Shown: positions 23,144 through 33,848 of the stretch, piece after piece | How positions within the stretch are numbered: position 1 is the stretch's first letter | Layout of the letters: every line of letters begins with the position of its first letter | Assembly: GCA_902610415.1 (NCBI GenBank) | Contig: CACLVL010000001.1 | Coordinates: 21,530-85,529 of the forward strand | DNA length: 64,000 bases | Reading direction: 5' to 3' | Origin: an uncultured Alphaproteobacteria bacterium | GTDB lineage: Bacteria; Pseudomonadota; Alphaproteobacteria; HIMB59 | Position numbers and translations under genes: made by a program | The notes under the pieces: generated by a model | Database searches by the model: none | What the model was told of the DNA's origin: nothing | The model's input: only the letters and a program-made list of their open reading frames with translations

Positions 23144-24271
23144 TTATTGAAGATTTAACTCATCAATTGAACGATCGTTTCTAGACCTACTCAATTCTAA
23201 CAGTCCGCCCCTAGTGTAGCCATATACATTAGTTATGCTCAAATCATCTCTAAATTCGTTTTTCAACATGCCCACAAGTTTTCTAAGTGTATTTTGGTCA
23301 CTTGCAACTGGGTCAATTACAACTTTTCCAGATATATTTTTTAACTTGATGAGCTTAGAAATTAATTGAATAGCCTCTCTGTTAGTATCAAATCTTTTTG
23401 CAGAACCAGTATTTACATCAATTGCAGTAAGTGCATCTGTTTTACCTATCATGATATTGCCTCCACTTGGTAAATCGTAGTTGTGGCCAATCAAATAATC
23501 AATTTTTTCTTCTAAATTAAACACTTCTTCAATTTGTTCATTTGACATTTCTTCACATAAATTTGCAAAAGTTGAATCTAGCTTTTCATCCCAGTTTTTA
23601 ACTCTCTCAAATCGATCATTATCACTAAAAATAATTTGATCGGTGTTTTTGTCTGAGTAATCACAAACAAAGTTTTGATCAAAATAGGTATTTTGAAAAA
23701 CAAGGCCCTCTTCGCTTAATTCTTTCGCATTTAACTCAATCTCTTTCCATTGATTATTTAAATCATTTAACTCAGATTGAGCAATTTCAATATTTTCTGG
23801 AATAAGATTGTGTCTAGCTATTAGTCCCACTTCAGACTCGCTTAAAGCATCCATAATTTTATCTTGTTGATTTGTATCTAAGTTTTTTCTAGTTCTTCTA
23901 CTTAAAATAATCTCATCACCATAAGGCAATAAATTAATAAATTTACCAGTTAGTATCACGTTGTTTGTGAAAAGATGAACTTTATCTTTGGACCCTATGC
24001 TTCTAACTTGAAGTAAAAGTGATTGTCCTTCATGGGCTTTATCTCCGTTGGGAAAGTTTATTCTTTTAAAAAAACCTCTTTGGTCTCCGCTACCATAAGA
24101 GACAAAAGCTCCACTATCATTGGGTAAAATTTCTGTGATTTTTACTTTATAGATATCCCCAATTTTAACATCTTCGTTGGGTTGAAAGCGAATGTTAACC
24201 AATTCACCTTCATTTAGTTTAACTCCGCACTTGAAATTTTTGTAGTTTGTAACAATAAGTTTTGTAGCCAT
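23144..24271 (-). CDS. Ribonuclease E/G family protein (short, divergent)
   Basis: S1-like GDIY..K..AFV, LPSGG, AIDVNTG, ISGKVVID, GLLELSR; downstream of infA. Confidence 0.85.
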   Translation of the reverse strand: MATKLIVTNYKNFKCGVKLNEGELVNIRFQPNEDVKIGDIYKVKITEILPNDSGAFVSYGSGDQRGFFKRINFPNGDKAHEGQSLLLQVRSIGSKDKVHLFTNNVILTGKFINLLPYGDEIILSRRTRKNLDTNQQDKIMDALSESEVGLIARHNLIPENIEIAQSELNDLNNQWKEIELNAKELSEEGLVFQNTYFDQNFVCDYSDKNTDQIIFSDNDRFERVKNWDEKLDSTFANLCEEMSNEQIEEVFNLEEKIDYLIGHNYDLPSGGNIMIGKTDALTAIDVNTGSAKRFDTNREAIQLISKLIKLKNISGKVVIDPVASDQNTLRKLVGMLKNEFRDDLSITNVYGYTRGGLLELSRSRNDRSIDELNLQ

Positions 24272-24299
24272 GGCATTACTCCTTTTAAAAAATTATTCA

Positions 24300-24521
24300 T
24301 TAGTTCTTTGACCTAAATGTTATTCTGCCCTTAGTTAAATCATACGGTGTCATTTCAACTGTTACTCGGTCTCCAGCGAGTACTCTAATTCTATTTTTTC
24401 TCATTTTTCCAGACGTATGGGCTATGACTTCATGGTCATTATCTAGCTTAACTTTAAACATAGCATTTGGAAGTAGCTCTGAAACTACACCTTGAAATTC
24501 TATTGCGTCTTCTTTGGACAT
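24300..24521 (-). CDS. infA: Translation initiation factor IF-1
   Basis: [29 protein letters not shown]. Confidence 0.99.
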   Translation of the reverse strand: MSKEDAIEFQGVVSELLPNAMFKVKLDNDHEVIAHTSGKMRKNRIRVLAGDRVTVEMTPYDLTKGRITFRSKN

Positions 24522-24532
24522 GTTTGTGTATC

Positions 24533-25804
24533 TTATGTTTTGATCTTTCTAATTTCAACCGATAAAGCGTGTGCCTCTAAACCTTCTTGTCTAGCAAGAT
24601 TGATTGTCGGCTTTGAAATTTTCTTAAGAGTTTTATTACCGAGCTTAATAAAAACTGTTTTTTTAGTGTAATCTTCAACTCCTAAACCTGATGAAAATTT
24701 TGCAGTTTGATCTGTAGGCAATACATGGTTAGTACCCATAGTGTAATCTCCCAGAGCTACAGGAGATTTTTCTCCTAAAAAAACAGATCCTGCATTTATA
24801 ATATTTTTCAATATATTTTTATTAAATTTTTCATGGATGTGGAGATGTTCTGGGGCAATAAAATTTGAGATTTCAAATATTTCTTTTTGATTCTTAGCTA
24901 AAATTAAATAGCAATTATTTTTAATAGATCGATCAACATTTTTTAGTTTTGTCTCTTTCATTATTCTTTGGAGTTCATTTTTTACTTTAAGTAAAATGTT
25001 TTTATTTTTAGCGATTACAAAGGTTTTTGCATTAGGATCATGTTCGCCTTGCGCGAGAACATCATAAGCTATCCATGAGGGATTTGATTTATTATTTGCT
25101 ATTACTAAAACTTCTGATGGTCCTGCAGGTAAATCTATTCCAATAAATCCAAATAATTGTTTTTTTGCTTCAGCCACATATTGATTTCCTGGACCAAATA
25201 CTTTATCAGCTTTTTTTATTAACTTAGTTCCAAAAGCAAACGCTGCAATCGCCTGAGCTCCACCAACATTGTAAACTTTATTTACTCCGCATAGATAAGC
25301 AGCTGCTAAAGTTAATTTTGATGTTTCGCCATTTTGAGAGGGAACACAAATCATTATATTTGGAACATTGGCTATTTTTGCTGGTATAGCTGTCATTAAA
25401 ACAGTTGAAGGATAAGACGCTAGTCCACCAGGAATGTATAAGCCAACATTTTCAATTGGATTCCATTGAATATAAAATTTTGAGTCGATTTGGTCTCTAA
25501 AGGAATATGATACTTTTTTTTGTTTTGAGTGATAATAGTGAATTCTTTTATAAGCTAATTGAAGTGCTTTTTTACTATCATTTGATATGGAATTATAAGC
25601 TTCCTTTAGAGTTTTTTGACTTATTTCTAAATTATTTAAAGTAGCCTTTTTATTTTCAAACTTTTTTACATACTTTAATAAAGCTTCATCTTTATTTTTT
25701 TTGATATCTTTAATGATATTTTTGACAGTACCACTGACTGGTGTATTTTCATTTGAGGAAGAGTTGAGATTATCAAAAATCCATTTTTTACTAACGATCC
25801 TCAT
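24533..25804 (-). CDS. hisD: Histidinol dehydrogenase
   Basis: [36 protein letters not shown]. Confidence 0.96.
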   Translation of the reverse strand: MRIVSKKWIFDNLNSSSNENTPVSGTVKNIIKDIKKNKDEALLKYVKKFENKKATLNNLEISQKTLKEAYNSISNDSKKALQLAYKRIHYYHSKQKKVSYSFRDQIDSKFYIQWNPIENVGLYIPGGLASYPSTVLMTAIPAKIANVPNIMICVPSQNGETSKLTLAAAYLCGVNKVYNVGGAQAIAAFAFGTKLIKKADKVFGPGNQYVAEAKKQLFGFIGIDLPAGPSEVLVIANNKSNPSWIAYDVLAQGEHDPNAKTFVIAKNKNILLKVKNELQRIMKETKLKNVDRSIKNNCYLILAKNQKEIFEISNFIAPEHLHIHEKFNKNILKNIINAGSVFLGEKSPVALGDYTMGTNHVLPTDQTAKFSSGLGVEDYTKKTVFIKLGNKTLKKISKPTINLARQEGLEAHALSVEIRKIKT

Positions 25805-25806
25805 TA

Positions 25807-26439
25807 TTAACCTTTTGTTAGAAGTTTTTTTATAAATTTTTTCTTTAAATCGTATGCAAAATAACTGCTTATGATGACAGTTGAGATGTCATTATTAATA
25901 ATTACATTTTCATAAAGTTGATTATCTTTCAGAGTCTTTCCAGATTGTACAAGATCTAAAATAAAATCTGCAATTTGGTATTTTACTGCAAGCTCTATGG
26001 ATCCATTTAATTTTATTGTTTCAGTTTGTATATTTAAATCTCTAAAGTAGTTTTCAGAGATATTTTGAAATTTTGTTGCAACTTTGAATATTTTCTTCTC
26101 TGAAAAATTAATTTCTTTTTTATCTGATGCGATGGATATTCTGCACTTTCCTATATTAGTTTTTTTTAATAGAACGATATTTTGTGAACTATTTTCTAAA
26201 ATCTCATCGTATCCAACAAATCCAATATCTGCTGCCCCTAACATAATATAAGATCTAATATCTGAGGGTTTTAACTTAATGACTTTTATCTCTTTGAAAT
26301 TTGTATCAAAAGTTAATTTCCTTACACTCTCGTTAAAAAAAGCTTGTTCTATAATTACACCTCTTTCAGAGAGATATTTTACAACCTTTCCTTCCAGTCT
26401 CCCTTTGGGACAAGCAATAGTTAAATTTTGATTGTTCAT
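25807..26439 (-). CDS. hisG: ATP phosphoribosyltransferase, short form
   Basis: PKGRL, VATKF, LNGSIELA, DLVQSGKTL; 210 aa, so HisZ-dependent. Confidence 0.93.
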   Translation of the reverse strand: MNNQNLTIACPKGRLEGKVVKYLSERGVIIEQAFFNESVRKLTFDTNFKEIKVIKLKPSDIRSYIMLGAADIGFVGYDEILENSSQNIVLLKKTNIGKCRISIASDKKEINFSEKKIFKVATKFQNISENYFRDLNIQTETIKLNGSIELAVKYQIADFILDLVQSGKTLKDNQLYENVIINNDISTVIISSYFAYDLKKKFIKKLLTKG

Positions 26440-27692
26440 TTTTTTCTAGATATGTTTACGCCACATTTTTTTAATTTTAAATCAAAATCTTCATATCCTC
26501 TGTCTAAGTGGTAAATCCTGTTTATTACAGTTGTACCTTTGGACATCATTGCAGCAATTATAAGAGAAAAACTAGCCCTTATATCAGTAGCCATCACCTC
26601 AGCGCCAAATAAATTTAGGGCTTTATGTATTGTCACTGTTTTTCCAATAATTGATAAATTGGCTCCAAATCTTCTAAGTTCAGGGATATGAATAAATCTA
26701 TTTTCAAATATATTTTCAACTACTTTTGATTTTAGGGCAGATTTAAGTTGTGTAGCTATAAGTTGAGCTTGTAAGTCTGTAGGGTATCCAGGAAATTCTT
26801 TAGTAGAAATCTTATTTATTGGTTTAAGTCTTTTGCAATTAAATTCATAAGAGGATTTAGATATTTTTTTTATTTTTAGTCCCATGTCTTGATAAATTTT
26901 TAAAGGGAAAGATAAGTCCTCTGGATTAAAGTTGTTTAATCTAAGACTCCCTTTTGTTGCCATGGTAGCTAAAATATAGGAACCTGCCTCAATTCTATCT
27001 GGAATGACTCTATAATTTTCAAGGTTTAGTTCTCCAACACCCTTAATGATAATTGTTCTGTTTTTTAATTTTATATTAGCTCCACATTTGTTTAGGAAAT
27101 TAATTAGATCGATTACTTCAGGTTCGATTGCACAATTTTTTAATTTACTAATACCATTTGCTAAGGTAGCTGCCATTAAGATATTTTGAGTAGCCCCAAC
27201 ACTAATTTTTGGAAATTTGTGATTGATTGAGTTTGGTTTATCTTTTTTTCTCTCAGCTATTACATAGCCATTTTTAATTGAAATTTTAATACCCATTTTC
27301 TTTAAAGCATCTAAGTGTAAATCAATTCCTCTAGTGCCAATTGAGCAACCACCTGGAAGTGCTATTTTAAATTTTTTATATCTTGTAATTGCAGGTCCTA
27401 AAATAACAATTGAAGCTCTCATTTGACGAACATATTCATAATCAGCAGATTTTTTTTTAATTGCAGAACTTTTTACAACAAACGTATTTTTTTGAAAATC
27501 AACACGACAACCTAAATCTTTTAGAATTGTAGCTAAGAATCTTGTATCTCTGAGATTAGGTATATTGTTAATTAAGCAATTACCCTTTGCTAACAGAGTC
27601 GATATCATTATGGGCAATGAGGCGTTCTTTGAGCCAGAGATATTGATCTGTCCTTTTAAGGTTGATGGACCCTGTATGACTAAAGTTTGCAT
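26436..27692 (-). CDS. murA: UDP-N-acetylglucosamine 1-carboxyvinyltransferase
   Basis: GSKNA, PGGCSIG.R, SVGAT, PDRIE, TDIRA, DRGYE. Confidence 0.97.
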   Translation of the reverse strand: MQTLVIQGPSTLKGQINISGSKNASLPIMISTLLAKGNCLINNIPNLRDTRFLATILKDLGCRVDFQKNTFVVKSSAIKKKSADYEYVRQMRASIVILGPAITRYKKFKIALPGGCSIGTRGIDLHLDALKKMGIKISIKNGYVIAERKKDKPNSINHKFPKISVGATQNILMAATLANGISKLKNCAIEPEVIDLINFLNKCGANIKLKNRTIIIKGVGELNLENYRVIPDRIEAGSYILATMATKGSLRLNNFNPEDLSFPLKIYQDMGLKIKKISKSSYEFNCKRLKPINKISTKEFPGYPTDLQAQLIATQLKSALKSKVVENIFENRFIHIPELRRFGANLSIIGKTVTIHKALNLFGAEVMATDIRASFSLIIAAMMSKGTTVINRIYHLDRGYEDFDLKLKKCGVNISRKK

Positions 27693-27696
27693 AAAT

Positions 27697-27804
27697 TTAT
27701 TTTTTTAGTTTTTTTCTTTTTTTTAAATTTTCTCTTAATTTCTGGGCTAATTTATCTTTTTTTAGTTGTTCAACATTTTTTCTTTTAGGGTCTTGTTTCT
27801 TCAT
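27697..27804 (-). CDS. 35-aa basic peptide upstream of murA
   Basis: Not in ORF track. MKKQDPKRKNVEQLKKDKLAQKLRENLKKRKKLKK; LA..LR.NL..RK resembles the small protein I recall upstream of alphaproteobacterial murA; stop is 4 bp before the murA start. Confidence 0.65.
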   Translation of the reverse strand: MKKQDPKRKNVEQLKKDKLAQKLRENLKKRKKLKK

Positions 27805-27820
27805 AAATTATAACCAAATA
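27792..27820 (+). promoter_or_regulatory. Possible RpoH (sigma32) promoter of clpB
   Basis: CTTGTT-N16-CCAAATA just upstream of clpB, close to the alphaproteobacterial CTTG-N-CCTATAT consensus. Confidence 0.4.
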
Positions 27821-27826
27821 AAATAT

Positions 27827-30406
27827 ATGATGAATTTTGAAAAATACACTAATAGTTCAAAAAAAATTATTAATTCTGCACAAAATTTGGCATTAGGCAA
27901 AAAACATCAAAAGTTTGCACCTATCCATATTATAAGTGAATTATTAAATTCTAATCATGAAATTATAGCTAAAATTTTTGAGAAAATTAATATTGATAAT
28001 ATTAAAAAAAATATTTCTGAATTACTATTAAAAGAGCCAGTAAACGGTTCAACTTCAAGCCAAATTTATGCTGATCCTAAATTATTAATTTTATTTGAAA
28101 GTGCTGAAAAAATAGCAAAAACAAATCAAGATAGTTTTGTGTCAATTGACACTTTATTTTTAAGTTGCATTAAATCAGATAATCAAATTGAAAGTATATT
28201 AAAAAAAAATGGTCTGAGTCACTCATCTGTCAAATCCAAAATAGAAGAATTCAGAAAAGATGGAAAATCTGACAGTGAAAACTCTGATGATAATTTTAAT
28301 GCTTTAGAGAAGTATACTATTAACGTTACTCAAAAAGCACAGAATAGAGAATTAGATCCTGTTATTGGAAGAGATGAAGAAATTCGAAGAACCATTCAGG
28401 TTTTATCAAGGAGAACTAAAAATAATCCAATACTAATTGGTGACCCTGGTGTAGGTAAAACTGCCTTAATAGAGGGTTTAGCTCAAAGAATAGTGAATAA
28501 AGATGTTCCACGCTCTTTAGAAAATAAAGTTATTCGTATACTTGACCTTGGCTTATTACTTGCTGGAGCAAAATATCGCGGAGAATTTGAAGAGAGACTT
28601 CAAAACGTTTTAAAAGAAATTCATAAACAAAATGGCTTAATTATTTTATTTATAGATGAAATTCATACACTTGTTGGAGCTGGAAAGACAGATGGTGCGA
28701 TGGATGCATCTAATATGTTAAAACCAGCATTAGCACGAGGTGAGTTACATTGCGTTGGAGCCACAACACTTGATGAATATAAAAAATACTTTGAGAAAGA
28801 TGCAGCTTTGACAAGGCGTTTTCAACCAGTTTTTGTTAACGAGCCCTCCTCTACCGACGCGGTAGCTATTTTGAGGGGTTTAAAAGAAAAGTATGAAATC
28901 CATCATGGGATTAGAATTAGTGATGAGGCTATTTTATCTTCAGTTCAATTGTCTGATCGTTACATCACTGACCGCTTTCTTCCTGATAAAGCCATTGATT
29001 TAATGGATGAAGCAGCAAGCAAAGTTAAAATGGAAATTGATAGTAAACCTGAAGAAATTGATCAATTAGACCGGGATCTTATCAAGCTTCAAATGGAAAA
29101 AAACGTACTCTCTAAAGAAAATGATAAAGACGATAAAAAAAATGATCAAATTGATACTCAAATATCAATCATACAAGAAAAACTAAATGTGCTTAATAGT
29201 ACTTGGGAGTCAGAAAAAAAGATATTAGATACAAAAAGAAATCTTAATGAAAGAATTGATCAAGCAAAAGAGGATCTTGAGAGTGCTCAAAGAACCGGGG
29301 ATTTGACAAAGGCAAGCGAACTTATGTATGGCTTACTTCCAAGTCTTGAAAAAGAATATGAGGAATTAAATCAAAAAGAGCAGGCAACCATTATTAATGA
29401 AGTGATAAATGCTGAGGATATTGCAGGTGTAGTCTCCAAATGGACAGGTATCCCCTTAGAAAAACTTATTGGTGGAGAAAAAGATAAATTAATAAATATT
29501 GAAAAACTTTTAGAAAAAAGGGTCATTGGGCAACAAGATGCCATTGAGAAAGTCTCCAAAGCTATTAAGATTTCAAAAGCGGGTCTTCAAGATCCAGATA
29601 AACCCCTTGGTTCTTTTCTTTTTTTAGGTCCAACAGGTGTTGGAAAGACGGAATTATCGAAAGCTTTAGCAGAGTACGTTTTTGATAATGAAAAACAACT
29701 GCTAAGGCTTGATATGTCTGAATACATGGAAAAACATTCAGTTAGTAAGTTGATAGGCTCTCCTCCAGGTTATGTTGGTTACGATGATGGCGGCAAACTC
29801 ACCGACTCTGTTAGAAGGCGTCCTTATCAAGTAATCTTATTTGATGAAATTGAAAAAGCACACCCTGATGTGTTTAATATATTATTACAAATTCTTGATG
29901 ATGGAAGGTTAACTGACTCAAAAGGTAAAATAGTGAATTTTAAAAATACACTTATTGTTATGACATCCAATATTGGTTCGCAAATACCTATTGATGATAA
30001 TTTTGACTATACTACTAAGAAAAATTTAGCTCTCGAGGAACTTAAAAATCATTTTCGATTAGAATTTTTAAATAGAATTGATGATATAATTTTATTTAAT
30101 AAATTAACAAAAGAAAATATAAGTTCGATTTTAAATAATCAAATTCGATTAATTGAAAAAAGAATTTCCTCCAAAGGAATATCTATCGGTTTTACCGATG
30201 AAGCCATTGACTATCTTAAAGAAAAGGGTTTTGATCCATTGTTTGGTGCAAGACCTTTAAAAAGATTATTACAAGATGAGGTTTTAAATCCTCTGTCAGA
30301 GGTAATATTAGATATTGGTGAGAATATTCCAGATAAATTAATTTTTACTAAAGATAAATACGGGTTAGCGGTTGCTAATAAAAATCTTAAGGTTTTGAGA
30401 TCATAA
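27827..30406 (+). CDS. clpB: ATP-dependent chaperone ClpB
   Basis: Two AAA modules ([17 protein letters not shown]), middle coiled coil, GARPL. Confidence 0.98.
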   Translation: MMNFEKYTNSSKKIINSAQNLALGKKHQKFAPIHIISELLNSNHEIIAKIFEKINIDNIKKNISELLLKEPVNGSTSSQIYADPKLLILFESAEKIAKTNQDSFVSIDTLFLSCIKSDNQIESILKKNGLSHSSVKSKIEEFRKDGKSDSENSDDNFNALEKYTINVTQKAQNRELDPVIGRDEEIRRTIQVLSRRTKNNPILIGDPGVGKTALIEGLAQRIVNKDVPRSLENKVIRILDLGLLLAGAKYRGEFEERLQNVLKEIHKQNGLIILFIDEIHTLVGAGKTDGAMDASNMLKPALARGELHCVGATTLDEYKKYFEKDAALTRRFQPVFVNEPSSTDAVAILRGLKEKYEIHHGIRISDEAILSSVQLSDRYITDRFLPDKAIDLMDEAASKVKMEIDSKPEEIDQLDRDLIKLQMEKNVLSKENDKDDKKNDQIDTQISIIQEKLNVLNSTWESEKKILDTKRNLNERIDQAKEDLESAQRTGDLTKASELMYGLLPSLEKEYEELNQKEQATIINEVINAEDIAGVVSKWTGIPLEKLIGGEKDKLINIEKLLEKRVIGQQDAIEKVSKAIKISKAGLQDPDKPLGSFLFLGPTGVGKTELSKALAEYVFDNEKQLLRLDMSEYMEKHSVSKLIGSPPGYVGYDDGGKLTDSVRRRPYQVILFDEIEKAHPDVFNILLQILDDGRLTDSKGKIVNFKNTLIVMTSNIGSQIPIDDNFDYTTKKNLALEELKNHFRLEFLNRIDDIILFNKLTKENISSILNNQIRLIEKRISSKGISIGFTDEAIDYLKEKGFDPLFGARPLKRLLQDEVLNPLSEVILDIGENIPDKLIFTKDKYGLAVANKNLKVLRS

Positions 30407-30441
30407 CTTCCAACTTAATATAAAATTAGTATAATTGAGAA

Positions 30442-30534
30442 ATGAAGTGGATATTTTTAATTGGAGCTTTCGCTTTAATTTTCTTTGTTTTGTATCTTTC
30501 CGTTATGACTATAAGAAAAATTAGAAAAAAATAA
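30442..30534 (+). CDS. 30-aa single-TM peptide
   Basis: Not in ORF track. MKWIFLIGAFALIFFVLYLSVMTIRKIRKK; TATAAT 6 nt before the ATG; stop is 4 bp before the next ORF. Confidence 0.55.
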   Translation: MKWIFLIGAFALIFFVLYLSVMTIRKIRKK

Positions 30535-30538
30535 TTTT

Positions 30539-30952
30539 TTGGACATTTTTTTTTCAGACTCTCTATATAACACAAAGATTTTTTTAGTATCTTCTATTTT
30601 AACAATTATTTTTTTTTTACTGCTTTTAACCAGAAAAATTTATAAAAAGAAATTAACTATTTCAAATTTATCAATATATTCTTCACTTTTTTTATTATTA
30701 ATTACTTTATCAAGTTTATTAGTTGTTAATTTTTTTGGAAAATTTACATATGTCTTATTTATAGCTGCAACAATTACGGTTATTTACTCAGAAATTAGCT
30801 TTCTTTTAGGGAAACATTTTTTTCCAAACTTTGTGGGTGAGAATATATCAAAAGAAATTATTTACATGTTTAGCTTTATTGTTTTTATAAATGCTGGATA
30901 TTTTACATTTATGTTGATACTAGATATTTTAAAAGCAGAAACTGTCTTCTAA
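30539..30952 (+). CDS. Hypothetical membrane protein
   Basis: About four hydrophobic segments. Confidence 0.65.
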   Translation: MDIFFSDSLYNTKIFLVSSILTIIFFLLLLTRKIYKKKLTISNLSIYSSLFLLLITLSSLLVVNFFGKFTYVLFIAATITVIYSEISFLLGKHFFPNFVGENISKEIIYMFSFIVFINAGYFTFMLILDILKAETVF

Positions 30953-30953
30953 A

Positions 30954-31136
30954 ATGGAGGTAATTACAATAGAAGTTGGAAACACTTCGTGGTGGAAAAA
31001 TAGAAAATATAGAAGAGAGGCAGCTTATGAATTAAAAGAATTAAGGCTAAAGTACAAAAAAGTTAAACTTTTAAAAAAATATAGAGTCAAAGAAGCAAAT
31101 ACAATTATTTATGCTGATTATAAAATTATAAAATAA
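30954..31136 (+). CDS. Small hypothetical protein
   Basis: 60 aa, tightly coupled to the upstream gene. Confidence 0.65.
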   Translation: MEVITIEVGNTSWWKNRKYRREAAYELKELRLKYKKVKLLKKYRVKEANTIIYADYKIIK

Positions 31137-31139
31137 ATA

Positions 31140-31877
31140 TTACTTAGATAATTTTATGAAAATATCACCCATACCAGAAATTAATTCATCTTCATTTGTA
31201 TTATTTCTAACATTACATTGTTCACCAACAACAGGATGGCTTTTTATAGCTAAAAGATCACTACTACTACAACTAGTGGGGCTGTGCAAAAAACCAATCA
31301 CCATTTTCCCATCAACTGCAAACACTTGATCCATGTTCATTTCTTCTCCATTGCAAAAATAATCTCGATTAACTTCTAGAGGAAATTCCTCTTTACCACA
31401 GGGATTATCAATTGTCATAACAGTAAATTGCTCTTCAACACCTTTAAATTTATGTGAAATATTCATAGCCTTTGAATACTTCATTGAGTCACAAGTACAG
31501 GGCCAACAACACCGATACATATACCCGCAAGTTTTATTATTAGTTGACTCTTCAAGAATGCTGATAAAATCTGGTACAGACCCTGGTCGAATGAGTGAGC
31601 CAGATACTGGGCAATATCGCTTATTGAATTCCACAAAATCATGAAAATCTAGGTCTTGGTCAATTAGATACTTAAAAAACTTTGGTCCTGCAGCATTTCT
31701 GTTACCGTCTGGAAACATATCTCCCCAATTAACTCTTAGTATTTCATAGTAATATTCCTCATTTTTGATTGTATTTTCATTAGCTTTTACTGAGCTAAAA
31801 AAAATTGACACAAATAATGGAACGATAATTAGAGCAAAATATTTGTTAAATTTAAAAGAAAACTGATCAGGTTGCAT
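31140..31877 (-). CDS. Secreted Cys-rich hypothetical protein
   Basis: Signal peptide; 10 Cys including CCWPCTC. Confidence 0.75.
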   Translation of the reverse strand: MQPDQFSFKFNKYFALIIVPLFVSIFFSSVKANENTIKNEEYYYEILRVNWGDMFPDGNRNAAGPKFFKYLIDQDLDFHDFVEFNKRYCPVSGSLIRPGSVPDFISILEESTNNKTCGYMYRCCWPCTCDSMKYSKAMNISHKFKGVEEQFTVMTIDNPCGKEEFPLEVNRDYFCNGEEMNMDQVFAVDGKMVIGFLHSPTSCSSSDLLAIKSHPVVGEQCNVRNNTNEDELISGMGDIFIKLSK

Positions 31878-31920
31878 ATTTGATAATTACATATGTGATT
31901 GAAATCTAGATCATAGAATT

Positions 31921-33372
31921 TTGAGTAACAAATGTATGAAACTTGCTAGATTTTTATATTTCGTTTTTTTAGTTTTTTATTCTATGTCATCATTTGCAGA
32001 AAAAAGTTTTTTTAAAGATATAAGTAATCTCCTTCCTGACCAAAAACCGAGACTGAGCTACGGTGTTGCAGTTACAGATTTTGATAATGATGGGGCAGAT
32101 GAGTTTATAGTTACAGGTTTTGGATATGAAAATCTCGCTCTAGGCTATGATGGAAACAGTCTCGAAAATAAAATTAAAGAAAATATTTTTAGTGACTTCA
32201 ACAGATCCACTATAGGAGTTGCTGCATGTGATATCGATAAAGATGGTGTCGAAGAATTATATTTTTTGAATACTGATACATACAGTGGCCAAAAAATGTA
32301 CTCTGATAGATTATTAAAACTTGTAGATAAAAATATTGAGGACTTGTTTGAAAAAGACATTAATCAAGATGAGTTAAACTTAACTGCTGGTCGATCAGTT
32401 GTTTGTGTTGATAGAGAGGGCAAAGGTAATTATGGAATTTATGTTGCTAACTATGGGGGCCCTACTCGATTTTACGAGTATATTGACAACAGAGTTGTAG
32501 ACTTAGCTGAAAGTCTTAAGTTAGATGAAATAACAGGAGGAAGAGCTGTAGTTGCTGGCCATATAATATCTGATCAAATGGATATTTTTGCAGCCAATGA
32601 AAGAGGTCCAAATTTTTTATATTTTAATAAAGAAGGAAAATTTTTGGATGTTGCGGGTCAAATGAATGTGAGAGATATCTATCAAAATGGTCGAGGCACA
32701 GCATTGTCCGATATCTTGTACAGAGGAAGGTTGGATATACTAAATGGTAACTGGGGTGGTTATCACAGAGCTTATGTTTATGATGAATACAAATTTAAAG
32801 ATATAGCTGTTCCCTCTTTTGATGAACCCTCAAGAATAAGAACTGTGATTTCTGCAGATTTCGATAATGATGGTTACGATGAAGTTTTTTTAAATAATAT
32901 TGGCGAACCCAATAAATTATTCAAAATAGTTGAAAATGGTGTGTTTCAGGAAATTAAACTAAACAATGCTTTAGAACCCAAAGGACTTGGAACTGGCGCT
33001 GCGATTGCTGATATAGATAATGACGGTTTACTTGAGCTACTTATTTCGCATGGTGAGTCAGGATTACAACCTCTCTCATTATTTAAATTTAATTCAGATG
33101 TAAAAACGTCTTATTTGAGGATAAGACCTTTAAATATGCATGGGGCACCTGCAAGAGGTGCAACAGTTACTCTAATAACAAATAAAAGAGAGCACTCTAA
33201 AACAATTGATGCTGGATCTGGTTATCTTTGTCAAATGGAGCCAGTAGCTCACTATGGGATAAGAGAAAATGAAACTGAATTTAAATTTAAAGTTAAATGG
33301 ACTAACGGTGATGAGGATTTGTTTGATGTGAAAAATCTAAATGAAACAATCATCGTAAAACAATCATTATGA
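31921..33372 (+). CDS. CRTAC1-like FG-GAP / ASPIC-UnbV protein
   Basis: Signal peptide, repeated DxDxDG motifs, DAGSGYLCQMEPVAHYG; true start may be ATG 31936. Confidence 0.85.
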   Translation: MSNKCMKLARFLYFVFLVFYSMSSFAEKSFFKDISNLLPDQKPRLSYGVAVTDFDNDGADEFIVTGFGYENLALGYDGNSLENKIKENIFSDFNRSTIGVAACDIDKDGVEELYFLNTDTYSGQKMYSDRLLKLVDKNIEDLFEKDINQDELNLTAGRSVVCVDREGKGNYGIYVANYGGPTRFYEYIDNRVVDLAESLKLDEITGGRAVVAGHIISDQMDIFAANERGPNFLYFNKEGKFLDVAGQMNVRDIYQNGRGTALSDILYRGRLDILNGNWGGYHRAYVYDEYKFKDIAVPSFDEPSRIRTVISADFDNDGYDEVFLNNIGEPNKLFKIVENGVFQEIKLNNALEPKGLGTGAAIADIDNDGLLELLISHGESGLQPLSLFKFNSDVKTSYLRIRPLNMHGAPARGATVTLITNKREHSKTIDAGSGYLCQMEPVAHYGIRENETEFKFKVKWTNGDEDLFDVKNLNETIIVKQSL

Positions 33373-33836
33373 CCAAAATTTTTTCAATATCTTTATTATT
33401 TTTATTCTCATTTTTACATGCCAGCGAAAGAAATATCATTGACTCAATATCTGAGAATGAAAGATTACAAAAATTAAATGAACTTATAATTGCTTCTCAA
33501 CTTTCAAATAATTTATTAGATTATGATAATATGACATTATTTGCTCCTTTAGATGATGCCTTTGCTGCTTTAAGTGCAAAAACTTACTATGGATATCTAA
33601 AAGAAAAAAATAAAGATCAATTACAAAGTTTAATTAATTTTCATTTTGTTGAAGGCGAATTCACTACTGAAAATGTTGAAGATTCAATCAACATAAAATC
33701 ATTTAATGGTCTAGATTTAGAAATTAAAAAAACCAATGGGATTTTATATGTGAATGGTGCTGAAGTTGTTGAGTCAGATATTAAGTTTTCTAATGGTATT
33801 ATTCATTTAACTAATAGAGTATTAATACCTAAGTAA
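33369..33836 (+). CDS. Fasciclin (FAS1) domain protein
   Basis: TLFAPLDDAF (H1) and NGIIHLTNRVL (H2) motifs; signal peptide. Confidence 0.9.
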   Translation: MTKIFSISLLFLFSFLHASERNIIDSISENERLQKLNELIIASQLSNNLLDYDNMTLFAPLDDAFAALSAKTYYGYLKEKNKDQLQSLINFHFVEGEFTTENVEDSINIKSFNGLDLEIKKTNGILYVNGAEVVESDIKFSNGIIHLTNRVLIPK

Positions 33837-33848
33837 AACTTCGAACCA

